Shown: positions 1-13,122, counted from the first letter of the stretch. The stretch: DNA of 64,000 bases from Lepidodermella squamata (GCA_047495785.1 JBLDXI010000001.1:2666001-2730000), one strand, 5' to 3'. Numbers and translations are program-made. The notes: generated by a model not told the origin, from the sequence alone.

Positions 1-1002
1 CCTATGATTATAGTTGAGAGGGGACATAAAAGGTGAATCTAGAGGTGAAGTTTTTCGAGACCTTTCTAGAACATTACGATGTTTGATTAGATAAGGTTGC
101 CAGACGAATGAGGCCAACTGTAGGTCTGGCAAAGAGTTGGAAGCACGAAATAGAAACTGAGATATTTCTTGTGGGAAATGAGTTCAAGATCAAACACAAA
201 GGCGACGGCACTTAACGTGTAGTTGGTTACAGTGAGCCGGGAAGGTACAGTGAGCTACCTATGATGACGCCAAGATCGATTGCTTCTGTCACCGAGTTGA
301 TAATATGAGCGACGAGAATACCGCTGACATTCATTGCAGGCAGTTCGTTTTTAATTCCAAGTAATTTCGGTGTCAAGACATCCTCTGAGTCTTCTCGTTT
401 AACTTCAGGCTATTTAACCGTAGCTAATAGTCAAGTTGCTGCGAAGGTTTAAGGTTAGTTGCATTTAGAGGGGAGCACTAGCCTAGAGGATAAGGAAGCT
501 AGCCTATGTGCATGAGGTCGTGGGTTCAACGCCCGCTGACCGCTGACGTCGCCCGACGCCCGACAGTGGTTTAGCAATCCACTGATGAGTAAAAAAATTG
601 CTACTCGAGTGTAATTTGAAAAAATTGCTCGGGGCTCTCTGGGGCTACGGGATGTATGCTCTAGAAGAGGGCGTAGGGACCAACGCCCGGCCTCGGCGTT
701 CGGTACACTGAGGTAGATGTATGCCACCGTAAAATAGCTTACAGGAGAATGTGAATGAGATGCATTTAGAGCTTCGCTTCGACTGAGGAAATTGAGTCAC
801 CGGTGTCGTCCGTGTAGATAAAAATACCGCAGTCAGCAGGATCAGTTACCAGACTCAACAGTTCGATCAAGTAAATCTTAAATGGTAAACAGAAGAGAGG
901 AGAGGCCCCAGAAGAATTCTTTGTGGGCGTCTCATTGCACAGTCTTCTGGTTATCTTTTGACCTTGGAAAAGCATGCGGAAAAAATCATGAGTAAGTAGC
1001 AA
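1..1002 (-). mobile_element. Decayed non-LTR retrotransposon (CR1/L2-like LINE) reverse transcriptase region, interrupted by a SINE
   Basis: Minus-strand translation gives LINE RT motifs in the expected order, with stops and frameshifts: PFKIYLIELL...CGIFIYTDDT (YxDD at 805-816), LRLNSLKLNEKT, IDLGVII, LILNSF...ARP, VWQPYLIKHRNVLER...FTSR. Confidence 0.8.
471..760 (+). mobile_element. tRNA-derived SINE with 11-bp target-site duplication
   Basis: TGCATTTAGAG flanks both sides (460-470 and 761-771). The 5' end is tRNA-like, with an A box (TAGCCTAGAGG) and a B box (GGTTCAACGCC). LINE motifs continue on both sides of the insert. Confidence 0.8.
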
Positions 1003-1636
1003 ATTTTTAGTTGAGTTTATAACTACAATTATATTTTGTTATATATTTTGAATAAATAATGTTTAGCGAAAAAATTCAAACTTCGAAAACCCGCGCGCTT
1101 AAAAGGGTATTCGGAGGACCTATAGCAGCTGTGGGGGTTTTTCTCTTAAGCTTTTGAGAACCTAAGACTGTGACCTGCTCTCATCACGAAGACGTTAGCT
1201 TCTAGCCTTTAGAAGCATGGCGAAATGTCACGTTATATGCCACGATTTCTAGCCCTGAAAGATCGGTTGCCACTGATGTGGTTTTGTTAATGTCAACATT
1301 GAAGATTGCGGAATTATTTTTTGACTCAAGACTCAAGATAAAGATAGAATTTGATCTTTGATCTTTAAGCTGTTGTTCGTCTCTGCTAGTTTTATATTCC
1401 CCAGTATCCAGCTTCTCAGCTCTGGGCAGTTTCCTTTTGTCTGTGATTTTATTCACAAGTCGGAGTCGGATGAAAGAATCTCTAAGAACGTTTCTACGGT
1501 ATTACTTCGTAAGTCTTTTTTGTGTTTATCTCTCACTCTTTTCATTTCTATTATTTTCTCCTGTTTTTCACTCTTATAACGATAATTAAGTGCTGCTGCA
1601 CGTTTTACATCTTGTCTTCTAGACTTGAATCTTCGA

Positions 1637-2404
1637 ATGTTGTTAGCATTGCGATCTTTCCGTGTGCCATGCGGTGGTTTTAATCGCATCTGGGCTACCC
1701 CACTGTCTTCGTCGGCTGTTAAGTGTGCACCGCCGAAGTTTCGAAATATCGAGAAAATCACTGGTGACGGCGAAGCTACAAATGAGTTTCCCGAATTGAA
1801 GTTTCTTGCTAAAGACTCGAAGCTTGAGAAATTGCGGTTAAAGGATAATGTATCAGCTGATAATATCCTGATTTATCGTGCCCCCAACGGCACCCGCCTC
1901 GTCGCTACCTACTTGTCAGTGCAAGTTCTTGGTTTGCTATTGCTAGGACTGTGTGGGCATTATGTCTATGTTCATTCGGCTGATCTGCTGTCGTCATTCG
2001 CTGACATCGATGTTGATCCGTTACCGGCCGCATTTTGCACTTGTATCTTCTCACTAATTGTTGTGCTATCGACTAGAGGAATTCTTCGCCGCTCGCCTCT
2101 GCGGATATATCTTAACCCAAATTCGAATGAGTTTAAACTGATCAAATTGTCCATGTTTCTAAGTCACCAGCGAATTTCGTTTACTCCGAAAGATGTGAAG
2201 CATTTTCCGAACTCAAGCTATTTTTCCGCGTTATACACCGGATCTGCTAAAATTCGAAATAGCTACTATTACCTCGATCCAGAATATTTTGCCAAGCCCG
2301 CTTATTACAACCTTCTGATGGGAAAAAGTTGGGATGAAAACGATGGCTCGTCTGAAGCCTCTTTGAGGGAAAAACGTCGAATGGCCAAAAGTAGAATGCT
2401 TTAG
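1637..2404 (+). CDS. Mitochondrial inner-membrane protein, TMEM70/TMEM186/TMEM223 family (intronless)
   Basis: Arg-rich presequence-like N-terminus, LIYRAP motif, two TM helices, and a C-terminal RIY...F.PKDVK...LDPEYF...YNLLMG segment resembling TMEM70. First ATG at 1637. Confidence 0.65.
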   Translation: MLLALRSFRVPCGGFNRIWATPLSSSAVKCAPPKFRNIEKITGDGEATNEFPELKFLAKDSKLEKLRLKDNVSADNILIYRAPNGTRLVATYLSVQVLGLLLLGLCGHYVYVHSADLLSSFADIDVDPLPAAFCTCIFSLIVVLSTRGILRRSPLRIYLNPNSNEFKLIKLSMFLSHQRISFTPKDVKHFPNSSYFSALYTGSAKIRNSYYYLDPEYFAKPAYYNLLMGKSWDENDGSSEASLREKRRMAKSRML

Positions 2405-2509
2405 GATTTTAAGTATTTTTGCTGCTTGTTCCGAGTAAATCGGTTTAATCGCTAATCGGTAAATGTCATGATTCAACGTATTGTCTTTGCTTAGGTGTTA
2501 GCATTTTCC

Positions 2510-5500
2510 ATGTTGTATCTAGTAACACACAGACCAACGTGGATTTGCTGTTTTGCGTTCTTAACACTTTTCGATTCAATATTAGCTGGTATGTTTATTC
2601 GCACATGTTTAATTAATAGTTAATTATTTTTCCTTGATCTTTAGGCAGTAGATTACACGCGCGCTCCTCGTGGATTCCTAAAAGCTGCGAAGCCGAACAA
2701 TGCTACCCATCCACCGGCGATTTGTTAATAGGACGCGAAAGACAACTGAGAAGCACATCGACGTGTGGTCTGAATGGCCCAGAACGATTTTGCACTGTCA
2801 GCTCGGAGCCGCTTCATCGAGCTCCACAGTGCATGCAGTGCGACTCCACAAAGCCGTATCACAGTTCGAGAAATACGCGAAGTCATCGTATTGAGAATAT
2901 TGTTACACCAAATAAGAAAGACCCAAATAGATGGTGGCAGTCGGAGAATGGCGTTGAAATAGTTGCTGTTCAACTTGACCTCGAGGCTGAATTTCATTTT
3001 ACTCACTTGATGATGCGGTTTAAGGTAAGACGCGGAGTTTAACTGCTCATATTAATGTGAATTTTTCGTGAAAATTTCAGACCTTTCGGCCTCAATCAAT
3101 GCTGATTGAACGATCTTCAGATTTTGGCAGGAATTGGAAAGTTTATCGGTATTTTGCGGATAATTGCACTGCATTTTGGCCTGGAGTTCGTGTCGGGCAG
3201 CCTTCAAGTTTCGCCGAGGTTGTATGCGACGAGCGATACTCAGCAGAAACTCCGTCTTCTAATGGCGAAGTTGTGTTTCGCGCATTGCCGTCTGCAAATT
3301 TGAGCAACCCATGGGCTGAAGAAGTGCAAAATTTGTTGAAAATTACCAATTTACGTATCAATTTCACCAAACTTCGCACGCTCGGTGACGATTTGCTCGA
3401 TAACCGACGCGAAGTGAAAGAGAAATACTACTACGCCGTTTACAACATGGTCGTCCGAGGCAGCTGTTCTTGCTACGGTCACGCTGCTAATTGCGTTCCG
3501 CTGGAAAACTTGTCTCATGATACGCCGAATATGGTCTATGGCCGCTGTAATTGTACCCACAATACTCGCGGAAATAATTGCGAGCAATGCGCTGATTTCT
3601 ATTGGGATGCGCCTTGGAGACCTGCTATTGGTGCGAATCCAAACGAGTGCAAAAGTGAGTTGAAAGAATTGCGTTTAAACAATTTTATGGCGGATTCTTT
3701 TTGAATTAGAGTGCAATTGTAATCAGCACGCATCTCGCTGTCACTTCGATGCTTCAGTTTATGCTGCTAGTGGGTTGACGTCCGGCGGTGTTTGCGACGA
3801 TTGCGGCGATAATACCGAGGGTATTCATTGCGAACGCTGTAAGCCGCACTATTACCTGGTCGATGGACGGCAAATCTTCGAAAAAGACGCCTGCCAACCG
3901 TGCGATTGCGACCCGGCTGGACAGTCACAGGAATGCGATTGGCTGACGAATTTAGCCCTGGGCCTCAAGGCTGGTCGCTGCTATTGCCGGACGAATGTTG
4001 GCGGGCCTCGTTGTGACACATGTAAAGGTGGTTTTTACAATTTGACGCGGGAAAATTCGGACGGTTGTCAGGCCTGTGACTGCCACTGGCCTGGTGTTCT
4101 GCGAATTTCTGAGCTTGAAACGGCGACATCACCAGGCGAAGGCGAGTCAGACGATCTTCAACTACCCCCGTGCGACCCAGTAACCGGTGTTTGCACCTGT
4201 AAACGAAATGTCATGGGCGAGCGGTGTCAAGAATGCGTTTCCTACCACTACTGGAAACCGCCAGAAGAAACAGCTATGCCGCAAGATACCGAGGGTTGCC
4301 TACCTTGTGACTGCGATTTGGGCGGCGCGTTTGGTAGCCAATGCGATCTAACCACCGGTCTATGCGGCTGCAGGCCTAATATTGTCGGTCGGAATTGTAA
4401 TCGGACAGAATCAAGCTACTGGCTACCGAGTCTTGACTCGTTACGTCTCGAGGCTGAAGACGCTGTTAAGACAAAGGGCAGGTCGAAAACTGTTGAAATT
4501 GGCCCAAATACCCTGGGCGTTCGAGCTCAACACACTGGAACTGGTCATGTTTTGATTTGGGACGGTACTACTTTGGAATTCAACGATGTCCGAGTGCCTT
4601 TCCCGACTCATTACGACGTAGTTCTTCGCTACAAACTCGAGGGCCGTTTTCCTTGGCGGCAACTTGAAATTAAGCTGAACCGAACTCAACCAGCGTATGA
4701 AGGCGCTGGAATTTGCTCGAATGTCAAGCCGGAAGAAGACAAAATCGACCTTGAGTACTCAGGTTTCGAGTTGAACCCAACTAAAGGTGCCTTTCTCGGC
4801 ATGAAAGTCGGCACGTTCTGCCTGGAACCCGAACTGATATACGGGCTGACGTTACGGCTACCGGAAAACAGCCAACCTGAGTCAAATTTGTTTCTAGAGC
4901 TTGATTCGATCGTTCTGATGCCGGCTCAATCGCAGATTCCGTTGTTTCAAGTCACTACGTCAGAGGTCGAGTCGATTCGAGACGAATTCACGCGCGAGAA
5001 ATGTGCTGAGACACTGTTCAATGTCAACGACCCTGCTTCAGATTTGAGCCCGATTTGTCAGAAATTGATTTTCAGTGTTGTTGCCAGCATGACCCCGGCG
5101 CTTCCCTGCGACTGTGACCCGTTAGGATCTGCGTCTAACGAGTGCTACCATTTAGGTGGGCAGTGCCCGTGCCGCAAAAATTACATCGGCCGGCGGTGTG
5201 AACGTTGCGCGCCTCATACCTATCGCCTGGGTAGTTCAATCGATTGTATTGAATGCGGTTGTTCAGACCTCGGCTCGTTGCACCGATCTTGTTTCAACAC
5301 GACTGGTCAATGCCCGTGTCACGACCTAGTTGAAGGGCGGACGTGCGATAAATGCCAAATAGGCTATTTCGGCTTCCCGAGATGTCAAGAGTGCGCTTGC
5401 AACGGCCTGGCTGAGCAGTGCAGTGAACCGGACGGTGTCTGCCTGAATTGCCGAGAACATACAACCGGGCCCCATTGCACGACTTGTAATGCTACCTTCT

Positions 5501-8500
5501 ATGGCGACCCGTTGCGATATCGTGAAATGGGCTGGGATACGCCGTGTCGAAAATGTAACTGCCCCGGAATACCACCCCATGGTCCTCAGCACGCTGATTC
5601 TTGCTCGCTGGTTACTAACTCACCAGGCGGGTCTTCTTCGACCAGTGTCGTGCCGCAAGATTTTGCCTGTGATTGCCACAAAGGCTACTCTGGTCAGTAT
5701 TGCGACCAGTGTGCGGCGAATTACTACGGAAAACCAGCTAGTACCAACCCGGAAGACGCGTGCCGTCCGTGCGAGTGTAACAGCCACATCGATTTGAACG
5801 AGCCGGGCAATTGTGATCCGTCGAATGGCAAGTGCTTGAAGTGCCTTCATTCAACCGTCGGCGATCGTTGCGAGAAATGCGCGCAGTTTTTCTGGGGAAA
5901 TGCCGTCGATTCGAACGTGTCACCCGCCGATCGCTGCAAGCCCTGCTTGTGTTTTGTTCTCGGCGTCAACGTGACCGTCGACTGCCCGAGTGCGAGCGAA
6001 TGGCGCGATGGCTACGGTCAGTGCTCTTGTGAAACGCTGACCGGTCGGTGTCGTTGCCTGCCGAATGTTACCGGCGACCAGTGTGACCAGTGTCTACCTG
6101 CACATTACGGCCTGGCGACTGGTACGGGCTGTCTGCCGTGTCAATGCGATCCGGTCGGCGCTGAGGGCGAGAAATGTACTGATGAAGGCGTGTGTACCTG
6201 CAAGGAAGGATTCGGTGGTCTCCGATGCAATCAGTGTGCTGATGGAAAGGTACGTCATCCGTTTTAATTTTTTTATTTCGACTAATCCTAAAAATGCTTC
6301 AACTGTGAGAAAGGTGCTTCGCAAAATTTTGATTTCTTCCAGAATTCGAAATATTTTTTGATAATTGTAATTTTTGCACCTCCGAAATAATCAATACCAT
6401 AGAGGCATGGTATTGTGGATCTGAACGGTTTTATTGTCATTTTAACATTTTCTCGCCGATTTCTGGGTCACCCTGGTGGATAGGCTTGACGTAGAAGGGA
6501 TTTTCTGGATATCTCTTTTTAAATTAGCTGATTCAAACGTAGCTTCAGATAATGAGCCAGTTGCTTATTCGTTCGTTGCTCATTCGTTGCCCGAGCACAA
6601 CTTGAAACTGTTTGGCGGGAACCTGCCAGCACGGCCTCGCCCGCTCTACCTCTGAGGATCTACTCTACCTTTGAGGATCAAGGTCGATCCCATATATATC
6701 AGGCTCAGAAGTTCCGAAGAGGCTAGACGTTCCAAGTTCCAAAACCCATCTTAATATTCTTCTAGAAAACGTTGATTCACACTAAGATCAGGCTTCTTTT
6801 GAGAAATCGGCAGTTTGTTTGAGTAGAGTTGAGTTAGCTCATTCGATCGATCGATGATCTCCACAAATAATCTGAAAAATTTAGCGAGGAATGTTGATTT
6901 TAGTGCTGGAATTATTCAGATTCATTTTGTTTCTCTCGAAAAAATTATTTTCTACATTGTCTCGTGATTCATTCAGTACTCGTTAATTAAACAATTTCTT
7001 TCTTAATTTTAGTGGGGAAATCCGCATGCGAATGAATGCGTCGATTGCGACTGCGACCCGGCCGGAACCATAGCGAACACGTTCTGCGAGAAGCAGAGCG
7101 GCCAGTGTCAATGCCGACCCGGAATCACCGGCCGTCGATGCGATCGTTGTGCCCGGGGCACTACCGGTGACAACCCGAGCGATTGCAAGCCGTGTGGCGA
7201 GTGTTTCGACAACTGGGACGCATCTCTCAGCCAATTGAAAGGCAACGCTTCGAATTTGTACGTCGAAGCCGAACGAGTTCGCCGTACTGGTGTCAGCACA
7301 GCTTTTGCCGCCGAATTTTCCGGGGCTGAAAATGCGATTTCAAACGCGGAGAAAGCGATTTCAGCTTGGCCTGTTCTCAAAAATGACTACGCCGCTCTTC
7401 GAAAACGGATCGGAGCTATGGCTGGGGAATTGATGAATGGAGATGGGTGTGACGATAGCGATGATGAAGAAGACCCGTTGTTGGCCAGTACCAGCACTGT
7501 CGCCCCGGCGAAACAGCTTACTGTGCTAAAATTGTGTCTCGTTGGTAAGCAAGAGACGACTTTGCTCGGCGAACTCGACGTCTGGGGTCGGACTGCCACG
7601 GAAATAGCTGCCCGGATTGAAAATATGCAATCAGAGGCGAAAAGCTACAAATTGAACGCGACTAAAATATTCGACGCCGCTGACGCTGGTGCGAATCGAA
7701 CCATTGCGGAAGAGGCTGATCTGGCGAAAAAGGACGCCGATGCTATCAACCAGCTGAAGAATCGTCGCGAAGATCAAGCTAGGAACAAGCGCATTCCGTT
7801 GGAAGACTGGTTCTCACAAAGCCAGTCGCGTCTTGTCGACAACGCCCAGTCGCTGTCTAACGATATTGAATCGTTGTCTAAGGACGTTGCGAATTTCGAG
7901 CAGAATCTAGGCAACGCCTCTAGCAAGTTGTGTCTCGGCGAGTCGCAGCAATGCAGCTTGTACATGAAAAACGCGCAGACCGCACTGCAAGACGCGAGAA
8001 ATTTGATTCAGCAGCGAAATTCCGAGGCAGACGGCCGTTTGACTGTCCTCAACACGCAAGTCGGCCGATTGTCCGAAATGAGTACAGCCGCTACGAATTA
8101 CCTTGCCCTTGGCCAGCAAGTCTGTGGCAAATTAAATCAGTCGAAATCGGATGTTTCGGCGATTTTGAAGGAAGCCACATTACTACTTCAATGCAGTAAG
8201 GCGGAACGCGAGGACTTGCAGTGTGGAGCTCGGGCTGAAGACCTGCAAATGATTGTTGGCAAACTGGACGAGATCAAGATGGTGGTTGAGGATAACGAAT
8301 TGAACGCGCTGATCTCAAACCTGACCCAGGCGGCGAAAACGATAACGTCTGACACCGATATCGCTAGAATGTTAGCCGAAACAGAGCCGCATCTTGAAAC
8401 AGCTGAGAAACTGAAATTACTAGCAGAAGCGCTGGAAAATGACACGAACTCAGTCTCTGGTCTGTACAACAATCTTGCTGATCAGATGGTTAACACCGAG

Positions 8501-9190
8501 AAGGCGCAAATCGATATGGAAAGTGATATCGACAACAGTTTGATCACCCTAGCAAGTGCTCGCGAGACGTTGAAACCGCTTCAAACTTCAGGTTTGGCCG
8601 ATATCAATGATCGGAATTCGGAAATTGAGCGCAAGGTTGACGCATTGAAGGCGGAGGCGACCCAGTTGCATGGCGAGTACGTTGCCGCTGTGAATTCGAT
8701 TACCCGACTTGACACCCAGTCTGCGAATGCAAATCGGCGCAATCAAACGGCCCACGCGAATATGACTGAGTACAAAACCCGCCTTAATGAACTGGCAACT
8801 CGCTTGAAAGTCGGAAAACCCGGCGAGTTGGGGCCGTCTTTCAACGCATCGCAAGGGGTTGCGAGTAAACTAGCGGCCCGAGCTGCGTCCTTAGCGACTG
8901 AATTAAGCCGGCTGAGGGGTCGGCAAATTCAGGTCTTGAGCGATTTGGATAATTTCAAGCAAAAAGGAGCTAAGCAAGAGCAGGCTTTGCGCGAGATTAC
9001 AACCAACATTCAAGAGGCGCTGAAGAAACTGGCAGCTCTTCACAGCCATCACGCAACTTGCAGTCGAAGCCAACCTCGACCTGGTGGAGGAGCCGCTCCG
9101 TTTTCGATACCAGGCGCCCAACAACCGCAATTGAGGCCGAGATTTGAAGTGAATCGTCGAAAACGGCATCCGTATCAACCAGATTTGTAA
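2510..9190 (+). CDS. LAMB1: Laminin subunit beta, ~1916 aa; exons 2510-2588, 2645-3024, 3081-3654, 3710-6249, 7013-9190
   Basis: Signal peptide; LN domain (CYPSTGDLLIGR, WWQSENG, LDLEAEFHFTHL, TFRP.SMLIERS.DFG, YYYAVYNMVVRGSCSCYGHA); LE repeats; LF domain; coiled coil. All joins are GT-AG and in frame. Confidence 0.95.
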
Positions 9191-9685
9191 ATTGTGTACA
9201 TTTATGAAGTTGTCTATTATTTATGCGATTGTGCGTGCTTGTTTTCCTGCACAGGTGATTTTTTTTAAGCTGGACTTTTTTTCAAACTGCCAATATTGTA
9301 AACCTTTTGTCTCGAAAAAATCAAAATAATGCCCGAATTTTCTAGCTCATCGTTTTTTCTCTGGATGACTCATCTCGCTACCTGTTCACCCGGCGATTTT
9401 TGTTGGCGTTTTATACCCGTGTTTCACTGAAGAAAGAAAATTGCCGGTTGTTGTTTTTTTAATCACTGCTCAATCAAATTTTGGTCATTTTAGTGCTGCT
9501 CATCGAACTTCCGTTTTACACTTCTGCCATGTTTTTAGCAATTCTCTTTTAATTGAAAATTGATACTTTGTACTAAAAATATTTGATGATAATTGATGAT
9601 GAATACATTTGTTTGCTTCGCGGTTTTTATACGAAGTCCTCAATTTTTTTGTCACAACGTAGAATTTTTGAGAATTAAAATCGAG

Positions 9686-12600
9686 ATGAACGTCGGAACG
9701 GCAAAGCCTTTTGTCCGCTGGGACGACCTGGACTCTGTCATTTTTGGCAACGACCCTAAAGCTAGAAGAACTGGTTGGTAATTTTGTGGGCTCGGTTGGT
9801 TGAATTTAATGAATTGCTCAACATCATTCAGGCAATCGTTCGGCTGTTCCTGTTTTGGGAGAAATATCGATGACAGACAAAACGCTGGCTGAAACTAACA
9901 TCACAGAATATCGGCGATTAGTCTGCGAATCTTACAGTAGGTAGAATTTGTTATATGCCAAGAAGGAGTTTTCAAGTGTCGCGGTTTTTTTCCAGAATTT
10001 TTCACGAATTTTCACAGTCAAATTCAAATGAATGAAGACGTAAAACCTGACCGGTTTGTGAGATTGCAGTAACTATATGGAGGTCTAATTTTATATTTAG
10101 AGCGATATCGCCAAATGAAGCCAAGAAAATGTGTCTTTTGTACTCTGAGCTCTTGCAAACTGTGCTAATAGAGAAAATTGGTAATTTTAATCTCCTTTGA
10201 ATAAGTTTGAAAAACAGCGACTGGATTTTTCAGACAATATTGCCGATGAACGAGATCAGCAGTTCTGCACTGAGCTCAAAGTTTTCGAAATGTTCCTATC
10301 GTTATCGTCGTTTGTCATTTTTGGCGGCTGTAGCCGGCCTCAAGGCAATAGCTCTGGTCTGTGTTATGAACTTGCCGAATGGATCAAAATGCGTCAGCCA
10401 TGCGGAGATCAGCTCCGTGATGCTTGCCTCAAAGTAACCCCGCCGAATCGGTGCGAACACTTCTGGCCAGCTGTGAGTTCGAAATTTGTCATCATTTTCA
10501 TGTTGATTCATATGTTACGCCTCAAGGTATACTCTTTGCTCATTGTGGGCGATTTGTATGGGGCTGTTCATTTATTGCGACTTCACGAATCGAGTCATTT
10601 AACGGATTTCGGCGCTGCGGTCGAGCTAGTCGAAGCTTTTGCTCGCCTTCACGCCGATTTAGCTGGTCTAGCCGAAGAAAATGACGCTCAAAACGCGTCG
10701 ACGATCATGTCGCCGACATTTGGCACTCAATCTCGGTCCGTTTTCACGGCCCTGCAAAACCAGTGGCACAGCTTAACGGACGCAGCGAGAGTTATCGCGC
10801 AGAGAATGTCGTCGAATGGCGAAAAATCGAGTGGCGGCGACTGGGCGGCTCGGTTGCTTGTTGTAGTTGAACTACTCGCCGGAAGAGAGTCGGCTTTCGC
10901 CGATTTGAAGCCGCACTGCGACGCCTGGTACCAGTTGTTGGTGCCGCGTCTTCTCTACATCGACCCGTTCGTGACGTGTAGTAGCGGCGAAACGACATCT
11001 GTGAGGACGCCGACGACTAAAACGCCGCAGAGTGCTAATGATTTGACGAAGCACGCAAAGGTATGGCGTGTATTAGCCACAGATCGATAATTTTTACTGT
11101 ATTTTTACTTTAGTGGTGCTTAAGTTACTACTTCGGCCCTTCGCCTGCCTTGTCACCTTCCGACAGTTTGTTCTATTCGCTATTTACTCGCGACCTGGCT
11201 CAACTTGCCAAAGGAATCGGGTAAGGCTATCTTTTCTCACAATTGAAAAACCGAAACTAAACATTCAACCGAGACATCCCGAAATTCATAAATTTTTTAC
11301 ATTGTTTAATTTACATAAAATTTTCTCTATTATTTGAGCACAAGTAACAAAACGGGAGTAAAAGTACAGTAACAACAAAAGAGCAAATTTCCAAGCTTGG
11401 CGCTAGCCGGAGGAGGATCATTCTGAGACCGATCCTAATCAGCCCGGAATTATCTTATGATAAATCGGATTTTATAATAATATTATGTAACAATTTTTTT
11501 TCGTAAATCATAGGTTTAGATCATTAGACGGGCACACAGGCCTCTTACGCTAACCCAATAAAATTTTCCAAGCTCCAAGTTCAGGTATTTCTGTCTTGAG
11601 AATGTCGGTCAGATCATCTGCATTGCCTTCTCCCATGCCAAAGATGATTGCACAGTTCGAAGCCGTTCCTCCTCAATTTGGTTCACCTTGATGTTACATT
11701 CGCTGTTGTCAAGTTCAAGTTGAGTTTTCGAGCGTTTCGAGCATTTCGATCCGCTGGGCAATCTCGGCTGTGTGATGTGCCTTGAGGCGTTCCTCAACAC
11801 CAGCGATTAATTTTTGGAGAAAATCTTGTCCCTCCTTGTCAAGCGGCATTTCCGTTGTTGACACTCAGCCAGTATCGTATTCGCAGTTCAGAGATAAAGA
11901 TAAACTTTTTATTTCCGAAAATCGGTTGAGCGTTGATATTTCCAGCCGGTATACCACCTTTTACTTGTTATCGATGAAATAACAGTCGGATTTAATTAAG
12001 CTTTAATCACTGTAAAAATACTCTCATGTATACATTTTTGTTGTTGTTGATAATTTCAGTGAAAACTTCAGTAATTGGTGGCTATTGGCTCATCTCATGG
12101 ATTTACTCTACTTATCCGGTTCCGTATTAGAGCAAGGCGGCTGGATCGTCTCCAGCACGGTCACTCTATCTGCCTCGAAAGCACCTGTTCAGCAGCAACT
12201 GACCTTTCACATGTTGTCAGAAATGCGAAATTTCGCCGTTCTCGAATACGCGCTATCCTTAGCGAATGACAGCGATTTATGGCCGATTTCAGCCGGATAT
12301 CTATCCGAAACGAATCCTGTGATAATTACAGGTGATAATTACGGGAACAAACGGTCGAGTAACCCAAGTGGACCCGAACTGGCGTCATACCTCATTCGAC
12401 GGGCTGTTAATCGCTTCCCAGAAAGTCTAGACCGAGCGCTAGATCTGTGCAACCGCCTTAACTTAGCGGAATGCTACGCCGAGCTTTGCATTGCCGAGTC
12501 CAATCGACTCTTCGCATTGGCCAAGACAATCAAACAAAACGACTACGACATGCAGGGTTGTCGTAGGGAGTGGCTGCTAATTTCAGCCTTGTCCTGGGCA

Positions 12601-13122
12601 TCTCGGCCTAGTGATGTACCGTCAGCTCGAGAGGCTGCTGATTCAATCGTTTGCGAACTATTGAGCGGGCCGAATTGTAAAAATTTGTTCGAGCCGAAAT
12701 GTGCCCAAATTTGGGAGGCAATTTATTCAGCTAGCACCGGCCTGCTTTCCACCTCAATTTCGTCGTCGTCAAATTTACCGTTTTTGAATCTGGCTGTCCG
12801 GTTGTACGAGCTGCATAAATCACAGCCGGAAGATGGGGTTGATCTATTAAGCCGAATGTTGACCACGGTGGTTGCTGCTGGAATGCATGCGGGGTCGCGT
12901 GAAAAATCGGAGAATTTGAATGGCCTAATCGCGTTGGAACTTCGTTCGATTCTGCAAAATTTCGTTTCCTCGTCGCAAATTTCTCGTTTATCGGATACGT
13001 ATTTGTTAACGCTGGCGAAATGTGTGCGTGACGTTTCGTGTTTGCCGCAACAACTCGTCGCTGATAATGATCTGAATAAGTTGCTCATGATTGTCATTCG
13101 CCAAAACACATCTTCCTGGTGA
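9686..13122 (+). CDS. NUP85: Nuclear pore complex protein Nup85 (multi-exon)
   Basis: Motifs YRRLVCESY, WYQLLVPRLLYIDPFV, NWWLLAHLMDLL and MRNFAVLEYALSL...LWPISAGYL match Nup85. Several short GT-AG introns plus one ~840-nt intron starting at 11221. Confidence 0.85.
11560..11850 (-). mobile_element. Probable decayed LINE ORF1p fragment in the large NUP85 intron
   Basis: Frameshifted minus-strand reading MPLDKEGQDFLQKLIAGVEERL... (coiled coil), then QIEEERLR/NCAIIFGMGEGNADDLTDIL, resembling the 'EQxxRxNNLIIxGIPE' start of the ORF1p RRM. Confidence 0.5.

Noticed and set aside
471-545. Functional tRNA gene
   Set aside because: No complete cloverleaf or T-run terminator; it is the head of a TSD-flanked insert.
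563-615. Hammerhead ribozyme in the SINE (CTGATGAG between two hairpins)
   Set aside because: No GAAA after stem II and no NUH cleavage triplet before stem I in this copy.
1202-1761. Minus-strand Lys/Arg-rich ORFs
   Set aside because: Partly antisense to a real gene, no motif; at most more LINE debris.
6644-6679. 19-bp tandem duplication in laminin intron 4
   Set aside because: Two units only, with no element boundaries found.
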